The notes under the pieces: model-generated
What the model was told of the DNA's origin: nothing
What the model saw: only the letters and a program-made list of their open reading frames with translations
Databases searched by the model: none
Assembly (NCBI GenBank): GCA_051294375.1
Contig: CM119265.1
Coordinates: 25,947,057-26,011,056, forward strand
Length of the DNA stretch: 64,000 nucleotides
Direction: 5' to 3'
Origin: Paraspadella gotoi
Lineage: Eukaryota > Animalia > Chaetognatha
Made by a program: the position numbers and the translations under genes
In this document: positions 43,112 to 56,587 of the stretch, piece after piece
Position numbering within the stretch: position 1 is the first letter of the stretch
Layout: every line of letters begins with the position of its first letter

Positions 43112-45118
43112 TTAATTTATCACAAATTCCAAAAATGAACCGGGGAGAGGGAGCAAGAGAGCAGAGAGCGAGAGGACAGACAAAGAAGTACCAAGATAAA
43201 AAAAACAAACAATGAGTGGACCTAAAACTTAAAAAAAAATATTCTAAAATCGAGAGATCATTTCACAACATCGCTCTAACGCAAATTGAAGAAAATAGCG
43301 AGAAAAAAAAAGAGAAAACATTAAACAAAAAAAAAGTTGAGGAAAAACAGAACAAAGTCGAGGGAGACCAAAAGGTAAGGACTAAGGTGAGTCTACGAAG
43401 GTAAGTTAGGCGGGACGAAGAGCGGAGGAAAAAGAACAAACGCTGAATAATCCAATAAAGAGGGGTTACTTAAAATATAAGCCAAAGAAGTGTCTAAGAA
43501 GATAACTATAAGAGAGGCTTTGGTAAAAATACAAAATAGTCGCATGGTCTTTTTATACAATTGAAACATTCTTTGAAACATTATACCACTTCATTAATAG
43601 CCAGATACTCTGGGAGTGAATAAACAAGACTGTGAGAGAGTCTTGATTGAAAGCTTGCAGGGACCTGCTATGTCATTATCTTGTAAGAGTGATGGAGGCC
43701 TTTAAGTTAAAGTTAAAGTTAAAGTTTAACCACCAAAGCCTGTCCAAAGTCAAGGGCAAGATAGCTTATTTATTAAATGAATGGATAATTTTTATATTGG
43801 TTGTACCAATTTCATGGAAGAAAGAATGAATGTATATATAAATAAACCAACACTTCCTTGGGAGAAAATAAAGGATAAAAATAATTAAAGATAAGTCACT
43901 CCAAAAATAGTAGTATATGGCGCGATAAAGCTTAACAGATGTGGTCTAATTAAAAATATTAATTTCTTCCTGAAGTATTCTCGTAATTATCTTGTAAGAG
44001 AGATGGAGGCCTTAAACCACCAAGATTAATGAATTAAAACGAAAAGGCACGAGTTTCCGCTTTCAAGAAAAAAAACCGGGACATTGTCTACTCAGCTGCC
44101 CGATGCCTTTTCAAAGGTAAAAAAAAAAAGAAGAAATCCAAAGAAAGAAACGCAAATGGAAATAAAAGAAAATGGAAAGAAAAAAAGAAAAAGAACGAGG
44201 GAACGCGGGAAAAAGAAAGAGAAAATGAAGAGGTAATGAAAAGAGGATAAACTCTAAAAGCGGGATTCTATCTTAGGGATTTTTGGCAGCGGGGAGGAGG
44301 GTAAGGAGGAGGAGGAGGAGGAGGGAGGAGGCTGGGGGAGGGATGTCGATTGCCAAAATGACAAAAGGAAGAACCAAGTTCGACAAAGAGACGTTTATAT
44401 ATGTTTAAAAAAAAAAAGTAGGATTATCTGTAAAGGGACGTTTGATGTTTTTTTTTTTGTTTTTTTTGTTTTTTATTTTGTTTTTTTTGTTTTTTTTTTT
44501 GAAGTCGATCCAAGCGACTTTGTCGTCGCCGGTTGTGAAATGTGATAAATCACTAATCAAGAAGATCATCGCTTCGATGTCTTTCGTTTTTTCTTTTAAC
44601 TTTTGTTTACAGGAGGTTTTTTAATCGAAGTTAATCTTTTTTTTTAATTAGCTACTTTATTTACCTACTTAGAATTTCAATATAAACGAAATAAATGGCG
44701 AAAATTTGAAATTTGAAATATGTTTTTAAATCTAATTGTTAAACAAGATTCGTTTTAGCGTATAATATTAATAAGGACAAAACGATGAAAACAAACGATA
44801 CTTCGAAAACTTTCTCAAGATCTTTTGTTTTATATTTAACTCAGCTAAAATCCGCTGTGAATGTACGGCGTCTTGAGCGACGAGAATAAACAAAAGACAC
44901 AAGAGAGTAAAAAATAGTAAAAATTCAAGAAAATAAAGTTAAGTTTATTATTTGATAATTCAAATGCGATGTGATTAGCCTAAGACGAAGCTTAACTCAG
45001 ATTACGAAGATATTCTTTAAGCATACTCTACTTCTATTCATTAGCGACATTATCATTGTGAACTTTATCTTTTTTTATTGTTCGTTTTTTTCTCAATTTT
45101 TTTTTCTTTCTTACAATT

Positions 45119-45368
45119 ATGTTGAGAAATGTATTGATTGTAGCGCCTCGGAAGTTGTTGCGAAATTCCCAGTGGATTCGGGGCGGAGACTGCGGTGTTG
45201 TCGGCGTGGGCAATCGGATCGGCGTCGGCGGCAGCAGCGGCGGCAGCAGCGTCGGCAGCGTCGGCAGCATCGGCGTCGGCCGAGGATTAAAATCGTCAAA
45301 AGGCAAAAGTAACGAGTCGATGGAGATGCCGACAAAGGCAACGTCACAATTGGCCGACATTTTGAAAA

Positions 45369-45449
<81 letters not shown>

Positions 45450-48400
45450 CGATCCATCTCACCCCTCACAATTTCAGATACGAAGATAATCCTGAAACTC
45501 AAGCCAAAGTGGAGAGAGCGTATTTGGAAGGCTACACCTCGAGATTGATGCAAGGATATCAGGAGGCGACGAAGAAGCCGGCGGGAAGAAGATGTCAGTG
45601 AAGCGTGAGACAACAATAGTTCAGACGAAAGACAACAGACAACAGCAAACACATCTAATAAAAGGAAAAACAACACACAACAGCAAAGATAACAGACAAC
45701 AGCAAACACATCTGATGAAGGCAAAAACAACACACAACAGCAAAGTCAACACACAACAGCAAAGATAACAGACAACAGCAAACACATCTGATAAAAGGAA
45801 AAAACAACACACAACAGCAAAAACAACACACAACAACAAAGATAACAGACAACAGCAAACACATCTGATAAAGACAACACAACACCCAACAGCAAAGAGA
45901 CAAAGACACAGCTGCTTCTTCTTCATCTGATTCCCCCCCCCCTCCTCCCTCTTTTCCCCCACACTCCCTCCAGTCCTCGAGTGGTTCCTCGGCTGCCTTT
46001 TCTTCATCTGGTTCCTCGATTTCGCCTTCGAAGTCGCGAAAGAAGTGAAGCGAATCAAAGATGATCAAGGCGGGAAGGATGGCGCCGCCGGATCGAACTC
46101 GGCGGATAACACGACGAAGGTAAGGGCTGGTAAGGCGCTGCTTTTGATAAGTTGATATGATTGATTTGATTCGATTTGATTGGATCGCGTTGGATTTATT
46201 GGATTTGACTCAATTCGATTAAATTTGATTTCATTGGGTTTTATATTATTTGATTTGATTTGGTTGGATTGATTTGTTTTGATTGGGTTGGATAATTGGA
46301 TTGATTGTGTTGGATTCAGTTAATTTGAATAGGTCGAATTGATTTTATTGACTTGAATTCGATTAGATTTTTGATTTGATTTGCTTTGGGTTGGATTGAG
46401 TTAATTTGATTGGATTTGACTTAATTTGATATAATTGACAGAATTAATTTTTAATCGGATCTGCTTATCAGCAGATCCCGACTCTATAATTCACTTTTGT
46501 CGGTCCTCAATCTTGTCGGACATTCACTTATATCATGTCAGAACATCGAATTATGATAAAATTGTTGTCTCTCCGTCTGTCTGTCTCTCTGTCTGTCTGT
46601 CTGTCCTGTCGTCAAAAAACACCAATTACTTGTGATTAGATGGATGAATTTGGAATGAAATTTTGTGTGTGGGTAGAGAGTGTGTGATTGAGCTGGATAT
46701 GAAGTTTCGATGGAATCGTTGAGTGAAAATCAGTTTAAATGGAAAAAACAAAAAATATATTTCACTATTTGAACACCAATTACTCATGTTTGGATGAGGC
46801 GATTGATCTGAAATTTTTTATGTGGGTAGGAAAGTGTGTGATTAAGCTGGAAATCAAGTTTCGATGGAATAGTTTGTGTGGAAATGAGTTTAAATGAAAA
46901 AAAACTAAAAAACCTGTTTTTTCTTTTTATATTAAATGTAAATGCAAGATGTATTCATTAATCATTTAATTATTCAGTTTAATTAATAAATTAGTCTATT
47001 AATTAATAATAATTAATTAATCAGTCAATTAAACAATCAAAAACAAATTTCGATCAAATCAATTAAAATTAATTACCGATAATCATCGTGGGCGGAGTCC
47101 GACATGTTTGCTCAAACTTGTTTTACTTACTTTCCATTCTTGAAATCTTTTCCTTCCTTCCTCGCTTCAAAATTTTATTCCTTCTTTTCCTTTCCTCCTT
47201 CCTCTTTTCTTCCTCCTTTCCTCCTCCACCCCTCCTTTCCTTCCAAAGCCCAAGAACGACGAATTCCGCGGGGCCGGATCAAACATCTTCCATGAAAGTA
47301 GATCTCGACAATAAAGAAAGCGAATCCAGAGACATCAAAGTCAGATTCGCCGACGTCAGAGGTCAATGACAGAAACAGCGAGAGTCCGGGAAGAACCTTG
47401 GCTTCCTTCGCATTTTAGAGCTCCGAAAACGCGTGATTTCAAAGATAAAAACTTTTCCAGTAACGCTTTTCTTTTTCTAAGCTTACTTTTCTATAACGTC
47501 CCGTCCCGACGGATAGACAAATAGAAAAGTAGATAATCTAGATAATCTTAATAATCTTGAATAATCTTAATCATTTTTTTTATAATCAAAACGTCTCAGT
47601 ACCAGAGGATGAATCCTCAGAATGCCCCCCCAATCCAACCCCCCTTCCTGCTTCCCCCCTCTCCGATCCTCCCCCCCGCCAAAGGTGTCGACGAAGGCGA
47701 AGGAAGAGCTCGAGTTTCATCGTCGACTCCTCCGCGATCCCGAGAGGTTCTCCCGTTTGGGCGGAACTCTTCCGAAGGGGTGCTTGCTCATCGAAATCCT
47801 GGGGTCGGGAAGACTCTCTGGCCAGAGCCGTTTGCAGGTGAAAAAAAAAAATCGGGAGAAGAGGGGGGGGCTTTATTTAGGGGGGGGTAGTGGTTTATTT
47901 CTTTCACGTCGCTTGTTTTGCGTTGCCTTTTCTTTCCCAAATCCAAGGCGAGGCGGGCGTTCCTTTTTTCCACGCCTCCGGTTCAGAGTTTGACGAAGTC
48001 TACGTGGGCATGGGCGCACGGCGCATGCGCCAACTATTCGCGGCGGCGAAGGCGAATCAACCCTGCGTCCTTTTTATAGACGAGATCGATTCTTGCGGCG
48101 CCAAAAGAATATGTAGGATTGTGGTGGGCGACATTGATGAAGTCTGTTGATCATTTGTTTAATCTGAAGGAGGTCATTGGTAGGAATATTATTATCATTA
48201 TTTGTCCAATAAAATTAATTAGTCTAACAACTCCGTCTATTGGCTGGAACTATAATAGTGAATCTACACAACCCCAGCCTCCCAGATGCACCCTTTCGCC
48301 AATCACACCGTCAACCAGATGCTGACAGAGATGGACGGCTTCACCAAAAACTCGGGGGTCATCGTCTTGGGCGCCACCAACCGGAAGGAGAATCTGGACG

Positions 48401-51400
48401 AGGCGTTGCTGCGGCCGGGGAGGTTCGATGTGGAGGTGAGGATTAAGATAATGTGATGATGATGAAGACGTCGTTTATGCGACTAAAAGTTCATTAAGTC
48501 GTCGGGCATTGCTTAAGTTCACCCCGCCTATTTGTATGACACCTTCAGTCGTGATCCGGTGGCCCGTTGAGTAAAGCCATCAGCTCATGACCACTAGGTA
48601 CCGGGTTCAACCCCACGTCGGGCTCACCAGTTTGGATAAGGTGCTAAGGTGGCTGAAGATGACTATCCGCAACTGCTTTAACCCCTCTCGCAGCTGTGGA
48701 ACAGATCCTGGGCTTGGAACCAGGCTCCTGGGTTTTCCACGCCCCAAGGCCGTCTTCATGTTTCCTGCAGGGTAGGTATCGAGTTCTGATTGAACCCGGT
48801 ACCTAGTGGTCATGAGCTGATGGCTTCACTCAATGAGCCACCGGGTCATGCTTATAGGCGAGATGTACTTATGCAATGCCCGACTACGATTCCATCAATC
48901 CAATCTATCCATCTACCCAATCCATCTCATATGGATACTTTCTATCCATCTACCCAATCCATCTCATATGGATACTTTCTATCCATCTATCCAATCCATT
49001 CCCTACCCAAGGTCCAGGTCAATCTTCCCGACGCCAAAGGCCGCGAGGAGATTCTCCAATTTTACTTGGAGAAAGTGAAGGTGGAACCGGAAGTCGATGT
49101 GTCGAACGTCGCCAAATCGACGCCGGGATTCAGCGGCGCCGACTTGGAAAACCTCGTCAATCAGGTGGCAGTTCTAGGGACGGCGTTGATGCTAAAATGT
49201 AGTAATCGAGAACCTCGGGGCGCCATGGGTCGTTTTGGGTATGAGCTTGTTTGGTTCTGATTCTTTTGTATTGTTTATTTCTCCTTCTGTCGGCTTTGGG
49301 TTACGTTTTTGGATTACCTGCTTTTAAATATTTTTTAAACTAAAAACTATCGTTTATTAATTTTTAGAATCTCGCAAGATTCCTTGTTCGACTGTATTAG
49401 ATTGAATTAGACTAAATTTTAAAATGAATATAAATTGATAATTTTTTGCTTTTTAAATGAATTCGTCTCACGAATTCACACCAGGCGGCCGTTCACGCGG
49501 CCAAAGAGAAACACGTAGGAATCACCAAGGCGGATATTGGTGAGAAGAGTTGAGATGAAGAGTTGAGATGAAGAGTTGAGAAAAAAAGTTGAGATGACCC
49601 CAGACGGCCAGACGGCATCAGACTTACAATTATTACCGGTTGGGATGACCCAGATTAACAAAATGTTTGCCTCTACTCATTATAATAATAGCCTTAATAG
49701 GTAATAGTAATTGTCACTCGAATTCATTTTTCTCGACGTTGCTTGATAGAATGGGCCAAGGACAAAATAATCATGGGGCCGGAGAAAAAGGGAAAGATCA
49801 TGGACAAAGAAACATTGAGGAACACGGCGTATCACGAGGCCGGACACACGGTTGTCGCCTACTTCACTCAGGTATCTTTGAAAGTCAGGCAACAAAAATA
49901 AAAACAAAACAAAAAAACAAAAGGTAGCTTTTACTCATTCAGTCGTGGTTTTTTATAAAATTGCTACAACCAATATAAAAAAATATCCATTGGTTTAATA
50001 AATAAGCTATCTTGCCGCTAACCTTAAACAAGCTTTGGTGCATTAAGGTCATTGTTTTGCCTCCATATCTTTTTTTTTATCCTTCTCTTTCTAAGCCTAT
50101 TTCATTGGAGCTACATACAAAAAATACGTGATTTAAACATTGAAAGCTTTGTATGATACTCAATTACTCATTCGTTTCTAAGCTGACCTTTTTGAAAACA
50201 GAAACAGAAAACAGAAAACCGAAAACCCATCCCACCCCACAACCCCCTCGAAACCGTCTCGCCCTCCACCTCCAGCACAGCTTCCCGATCCACAAAGTGA
50301 CCATCATCCCGCGCGGCCAATCCCTCGGCCACACCTCATTCATCCCTTCCTCCGAGACGGACCTCACCAAGAAGCAGCTGGAGGCGCAGCTCGACGTAGC
50401 GATGGGCGGACGCATTGGGGAACACATCCTCGATGGAGAGAAGGGCGTTCCCAAGGGGGTCACCACTGGAGCCAGCGCTGACTTCTCGGTGAGCGGAAAT
50501 GTTGAGAAGGGGAAGGGGAGAAAAGATATGAAAAAGGAAAGGAAAGGAAAGGAAAGGAAAGGAAAGAAAGGAAATGAAAGAAAAGAAAAGGAAAGAAAAC
50601 AAGGAAAGGAAAGGAAAGGAAGAAGAAAAAAGGAAAGGAAAGGAAAAAATGAAAGAAAAGAAAAGGAAAGAAAACAAGGAAAGGAAAGAAAGGAAAGGAA
50701 AGTAGAGGAACGGAAATTGAAGGAAAGGAAAGGAAAGGAAATAAAAAGGAAAGAAAAGAAGAAAGGAAAGGAAAGGAAAGGAAAGAAAAGGAAAGGAAAG
50801 AAAAAAGGAAAGGAAAGGAAAAGAAAGGAAATGAAAGAAAAGAAAAGGAAAGAAAAAAGGTAAGGAAAGGAAAGGAAAGTAGAGGAACGGAAATGGAAGG
50901 AAAGGAAAGAAAAAAGGTAAGGAAAGGAAAGGAAAGGAAAAGTAGAGGAACGGAAATGGGAAGGAAAGGAAAGGAAAGGAAATAAAAAAGGAAAGAAAAG
51001 GAAAGGAAAGGAAAGGAAAGGAAAGGAAAGGAAAGGAATGGAAAGAAAAGGATAAAGAAAAAAATTAATTATTGGTAAATAAAATTAAATCTTAATGAAA
51101 AAATTAAGTAATTTTTTTTTATTTGTAATAGATTTTGATACTTAGCTTTTTTATCAATAACAACTGGATCATGTGTGAAAAAAAATTTTTCAACCTACCT
51201 CCTACCTCCCACCGCCACCTCTCATTTCTTCTCTCCAATCCCATCTATTCTCTCCCATCCCATCTCTTCTTTCCCATCTCTGATGCCATCTATCTCCCAT
51301 CTCTTCTCTCCCATCTCCCATCCGATCTCTTCTTTCCCATCTCTGATCCCATCTCCCATCATTTCTCTCAGAGCGCCACCAACCTGGCGATTTCCATGGT

Positions 51401-51509
51401 GACGCGCTACGGGATGTCGCCTCCAGTCGGGATGAGAGTCTTCGACCCAGATATGAAGGATGTCAGCAACGTCACCAAGAAGCTCGTCGACGGAGAGATT
51501 AAACGGTGC

Positions 51510-51554
<45 letters not shown>

Positions 51555-53658
51555 TTTATCTCTCTCCTTTTCTCTCTTTATTTAAAATGAAAAAGTAATT
51601 TGCATATTGTAGTGTGACTTTTATACAATCGTTTATTTCAAAGACAAAAAATAATACACTACATTATTTTTCTTAAAAATGTTTTTTTCATTAAGTTTTT
51701 TTTTATGTATATGATAAATTTAATGTATTTTATTTTTCCCATAACACCCCATCCTTCCCCCCCCCTTCTAGCCTCCTCGACGAATCCTTCGCCCGCGCCA
51801 ACAAACTACTCTCCCTCCACGCCTCCGCCCACCGTTCCCTCGCCGAGGCGCTGATCTCGAGAGAGACTCTCTCGCTGAAGGAGATCGAGGATATTCTCGG
51901 GCCTCGAGGAGAAGCGGGGGATGAGGCGAAGACGAAAGCGAGGAAGGAGGAGGTAGAGGGAGGGAGGGAGGGAGGGAGAAGGGAGGAGAGGGAGAGGAGA
52001 TAGAAGGATGAGGGAGGGAGGGAGAGGGGAAGAGGAAGAGGAGGAAGGTGGAGGGAGGGAGAGGGGAAGAGAAAGAAGGATGAGGGAGGGAGAGAGGGAG
52101 GGAGAGGGGAAGAGGAAGAGGAGGTAGAGAGGGAGGGAGGGATGATACCAATTCGCCTGCAATTTCAAAGCCAATTCCTCTCCCACTCTCTCTCTCTTCC
52201 TCTTATCTTCCAATCCTCCAATGACAGACTAAACCCCAAGCCACCGTCACCGCCGCCACCGCCGCCACCGCCCCCGCCACTGCCGCCACTGCCGCCACAA
52301 CTTCCGCCGCCGTCGCCGCCATTACGACCAAATTGATGGGCGTCGAGGAAAAAGTCGAAGACGTCGACGACATTTTCCAAGACGACAACGACAACCCCTT
52401 CAACAACGACTCTGGCGCTGAAAAAGACGAAGATGGCGACGCGGCGCCGTTGACGGGGAGCTGGAGTGACGACAGTTCGGACGGAGACGTCGGGGCGCCG
52501 CTGACGAGGGGTTGGAGCGACATCTTCAAAGTTAGTCTTGACCGCAACCCAGTCATCGATGAAGCTTGTTCGGATGTCGGCACTGGGGCATGTCGGAACG
52601 ACGCCAAATTCGACTCGGGTCTTATTAGTGACGCAACGCCGGTTACTGGACATTGGAACGACGCCATCAACGCCGGTCTCAACCGCAACGCCGGGTCACC
52701 ATTGACGCCACGTTGGAGCGATGACATTTTTAAAGAAGACGCGGCGCCGTCTATGGGAAATTGGAGTAACGCTGTCGACGCCGGTTCTGAATGCGACGCC
52801 GGGGCAACACCGACGAGGCGTTGGATCGTCGACGGCGACAAATCTGAAGTTGATAAATTTTGGAGCTTTTCGACGGAACGAGTCGAGATAGAGGCGTCGG
52901 TCGGTCGGTCGGAGTTGGAGAAGAATCTTGGCGATGCGGATGGAGACCGTCTTGAAGGATCTGCGATGGAGAATCGGAGAATCGAAGACCAAGACTTGAA
53001 CCCTACGTATTTAGGTTTGGACTCAAATTTAAACTTAGATTTAAATTCAAATTAGGAAATATATTGAAACTTGGATTTAGTCTTAAACTTTGATTTTTTA
53101 GGTTCAAACTCGGCTTTAGAAGCGAAAGGATCGAAGGATACTTCGCTAAAGACGGAATGCGCTGAAGAGACGATCTCCGAAAACTCGGAAAAGATTGAGG
53201 ATGAGAAAAGTGTTGAGGAACCGACGAAGATCCGTTGGATGTTTGAAGAAGATCCAGGAGAAGGTCGCGAGTTCGAGACGGACGCGTCCAGGTTGTTGAA
53301 GGTCGACGTTGACGACTGCGTCGAAGCTGGGGCCTCTGGAGACGCGAGAGACTTTGGCCTTGAAATAAAAGCGGGAGACGGAGGGGAAGGTCCCGAAATG
53401 GACCGACCGACCGATTTAACGGACGGAAAGATCAGTTTGACGAACGGACCAGAGAGTTCGACAGACGGACCGACCGGTTTGACCGACAGACCGACCAGTT
53501 TGACCAACGCCGGAGACTCTCAGAATTCCAAGGGGACGTTGGCCGAAGAGTCGGGCCGACGCTCGACGTGCGACTGCGGGAAGGATGATTGCGAGTGGAC
53601 GTCGACGAAAAGAGTCAAGTCGAACAAAAGAACATCGTGGTTCAACTTTTTTAAATGA
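45119..53658 (+). CDS. YME1L1: Mitochondrial ATP-dependent zinc metalloprotease YME1L (FtsH/i-AAA), with apparent frameshifts in exons 4-5 and a putative long acidic C-terminal extension
   Basis: Exons 45119-45369, 45478-45593, 45974-46119, 47249-47361, 47685-47837, 47948-48112, 48278-48435, 49012-49164, 49485-49539, 49750-49871, 50276-50488, 51372-51505, 51772-51952, then putatively 52228-53014 and 53102-53658. Presequence-like [55 protein letters not shown], Walker [51 protein letters not shown] zinc motif, [10 protein letters not shown]. Confidence 0.9.
45620..45900. repeat. Degenerate CA-rich minisatellite in YME1L intron 2
   Basis: Repeated CAACAGCAAAGATAACAGACAACAGCAAACACATCTGATAAA units; source of spurious Cys/Val-rich minus ORFs. 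Confidence 0.8.
46451..47122 (+). mobile_element. Helentron-associated (HINE/DINE-1-like) element with internal tandem repeat
   Basis: Head TTAATCGGATCTGCTTATCAGCAGATCCCGACTCTATAATTCAC, (GTCT)n tract, two ~150-bp internal repeats, tail CGTGGGCGGAGTCCGACATGTTTGCTCAAACTTGTT. Confidence 0.7.
48552..48848. mobile_element. Element bounded by inverted tRNA-derived (SINE-like) heads in YME1L intron 7
   Basis: Arms 48552-48610 and 48790-48848 are near-perfect inverted repeats with A-box-like TGGC(T/C)C.TTGAG and B-box GGTTCAA; the left arm continues CCCCACGTCGGGCTCACCA, resembling the tRNA-Lys 3' end plus CCA. Confidence 0.6.
50530..51060. repeat. (GGAAA)n simple repeat
   Basis: Degenerate pentanucleotide array in YME1L intron 11. 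Confidence 0.9.
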
Positions 53659-56352
53659 AAATATGGAATGAAATGAAATTAAATAAAATTTAATAAAAAT
53701 GAAACGGAAGAATGGAAAAAAAACCTTTGTATAAATCGAATGAGCAGTGCTTCACTTTACTTGTATTTTACGATTCCATTCAGAGAGAAAAAAAACTGAT
53801 CAGAAACTGGACTTGATTTACTTGATTTGATTTGATTGATTTGACTTCAGAAAGTGCCGATAGGCCTTCGCCAGCAGACACTGTTTCCCCTTCATTTTAT
53901 ATATATTTTGGCCTTTTTCTCACTGACTTCGTCGCTTACCCATTTACCTCGTTTTACTTACTCTCGGTTCGAGTTAGACCTACTTAGAGTGGCGCCCATA
54001 AAGTTGCTCGAACCCTTAACCACGCCCTGAGTACTGTGCTAAACACCGACTTTTAAAAATTAACCTTGGCTTCGAGACCGAAAGACCCCAAAACAATTCA
54101 CTAAGTCCTTGACCCCGTCTCTGCACTTCTCACCCACTTTCTCTCCATTTCCGCCAAAAACTTTTTGACTGACTTGATTTCTTTTACTCGACTGACTTTA
54201 TTTGATTGAATTGAATTGAATTGAATTGAATTGAATTGAATTGAATTGAATTGAATTGAATTGACTTGACTTGATTATTCTGACTAAGTTTAACTGATTG
54301 AATCGATTATTTCAACTTTGTCAAAAATATCTCAGATTTCAAGATGGGAAGAAAAACTCGGAATATTACAATGATTAAATAGTGCTTTTATTTTGAGGTA
54401 AGTAAAAACATTAGGTAGTATTGAATATGATTCCTCAGCCAAAATTAAACAATGTCATTAAATGAAAGCTTAATATCAAAATATTTCGGATAATAAAAAT
54501 GGTAAATTTATATCATTTTTTTTAGATAGAAAATTATTAATAACTACATAAACTAGATTTTGAAAACTTGCTTAAAAAAGTCTTTAAACAATACAAAAGA
54601 TAATAAGTAAATAGCATACGGCAATATTATAAAACAAGTTTCGATTTTGCTTGACTTGAGTAGAGTACTGAGCAAAAAGAAAAATACCTAAAAAAGAAAT
54701 AACATACGTAAGGAAGCAGCTAAACTTTTTTTTAAAATATTGACGTCAAAAGACTTTGGCTGAAAGATAACGTTACCTCGTAAAAAAGCAAAAAAACTCG
54801 TACGTACTTAAGTTTTGTTTTGACTTCTCAAAAATATTACATAATAATTAATAAATGAAGCAAGGTATCATGGACAAAAAAAACTGATCCGAGATTATGG
54901 AGCAAAAAGGCGTGCACGGTATGATCAGGAAATGCCAGCGATTGACCTTCTTATTCACAACCAATAGAATTTGGATCATACTTTCGCGGATTTGGTAAAC
55001 TCGCTTTTTTTTAAAAATGGCTAAATTTGATCGAAATTAGGATTATAAAATTTGTTAAAATTTGTAATGACCACGAACGTTCACTAAATTATTTTTAAAG
55101 ATAAGTAAGGCGGTGTGTTAAATAAATGATATCTTTTTTTTTTTTATAGAAAATGGTTACAGAAATGGTTCCCAAATTGACACATTACGAGATAAAATCA
55201 TTAATTGAAATAATTTGGCCAAATTAAAGAGAAAGAAGCAAAAATACCAAAGAAAAATCGAGTCGAATGAAATCGGACAAAAAAAAAGTAAAAAAATGTG
55301 AATTGAATTCTATTTTAGGAAAAGTGAGGCCTTCGAGAGAGAAAAAAAGCTCGAAAAGATTTGGATGTGAATCGGTTCCATTTACTCTCTCTCTCTCTCT
55401 CTCGTCGTCTCTCTTCTCCGGATCGGTATCGCGAGTTTTTTGGTCTCTCTGTCGCACTCACCATGTCTCTCTTTTCTCTTAGACGTCCGTCTTCTCTCTC
55501 TCTCTCTCTCTCAGCTAAAATTGGCATGATTTTTATTAATATTATATTTTTTTTTAAAATGGTATAATACGGACGTCGACTGGCAATTTATTGTCGTTTT
55601 TTTTTCGAAGAGACGAAGAATTACAAGAAGCACATGACGTAACTATTAGGATCGAGCAAGGATATCGTCAAGTCAGAAATGGTATAATGGAATTTTTTGG
55701 AGTCCGTTCAACACGGGAAATTCATATTGGATCTATATTCATAACAAAAAATATTCTCGAAACAACCATTTGTAATTTAACTTTATTCAAAATGCGGAAA
55801 CCAAGTTTTTATCCAAACAATTTGAACTAAATTAAATGAAGATTTTTTTTTCCTGAAGTATTTTGTTCTAAATATACCAAATTGAATTTAACAAATGAAA
55901 AATATGGAAAATTTTAAATTAAAAGAATTAAATCAAAATAATTCATATTTCTCTTTATAAAAACGACAAAAGAAAACCTATGATAAAACTAAAATGTAAT
56001 TATTTTTATTTACAATAATTTTTATGAGCAAACATTCGAAGAGGAAAACAAGAGGAGTTTAATTTCATTTTATTTTATACAATGGTAAGAATTCGTTGAA
56101 TAACAAGGTTATGTAAATAAATAAATAAATAAATAAATAAATAGAGAATTGAACAAATAAATAAATAAATAAAGAAAAAGCGCCTTTTTAGGTTTGGAAA
56201 GCAAAGATTATTTTAAAATGCGACATAAGCTTTTTTTTTTCATCGTTTTTAATCCGTACAAAAAAGCTAATAATACGACTTAATTAAAAAAAATATTGAC
56301 TAGATGTCAGGGACGCTTATTGGAACATCGGTTAATGGATAAACCATTTCGG

Positions 56353-56469
<117 letters not shown>

Positions 56470-56587
56470 GGTGTCGGGTGTTAAAAAAAACTTTATTTAC
56501 ATCTGGAGAGAAAAAAAGGGGAAAAAAAAACCAATTAGCACTTTGTCACTATTTCCGAACGCTAAACCACTTTGTCGTCCTTGTCCT

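Noticed and set aside
48553-48630. Functional tRNA gene
   Set aside because: Acceptor and anticodon stems pair poorly and CCA is encoded; better explained as a tRNA-derived repeat head.
50489-50863. Lys/Arg/Glu-rich ORF extension of the YME1L exon
   Set aside because: Read-through into an intronic (GGAAA)n array after the donor at 50489.
53860-54140. Possible SINE or ncRNA downstream of YME1L (also 63860-64000)
   Set aside because: Complex sequence, but no second copy or clear promoter boxes in this window.
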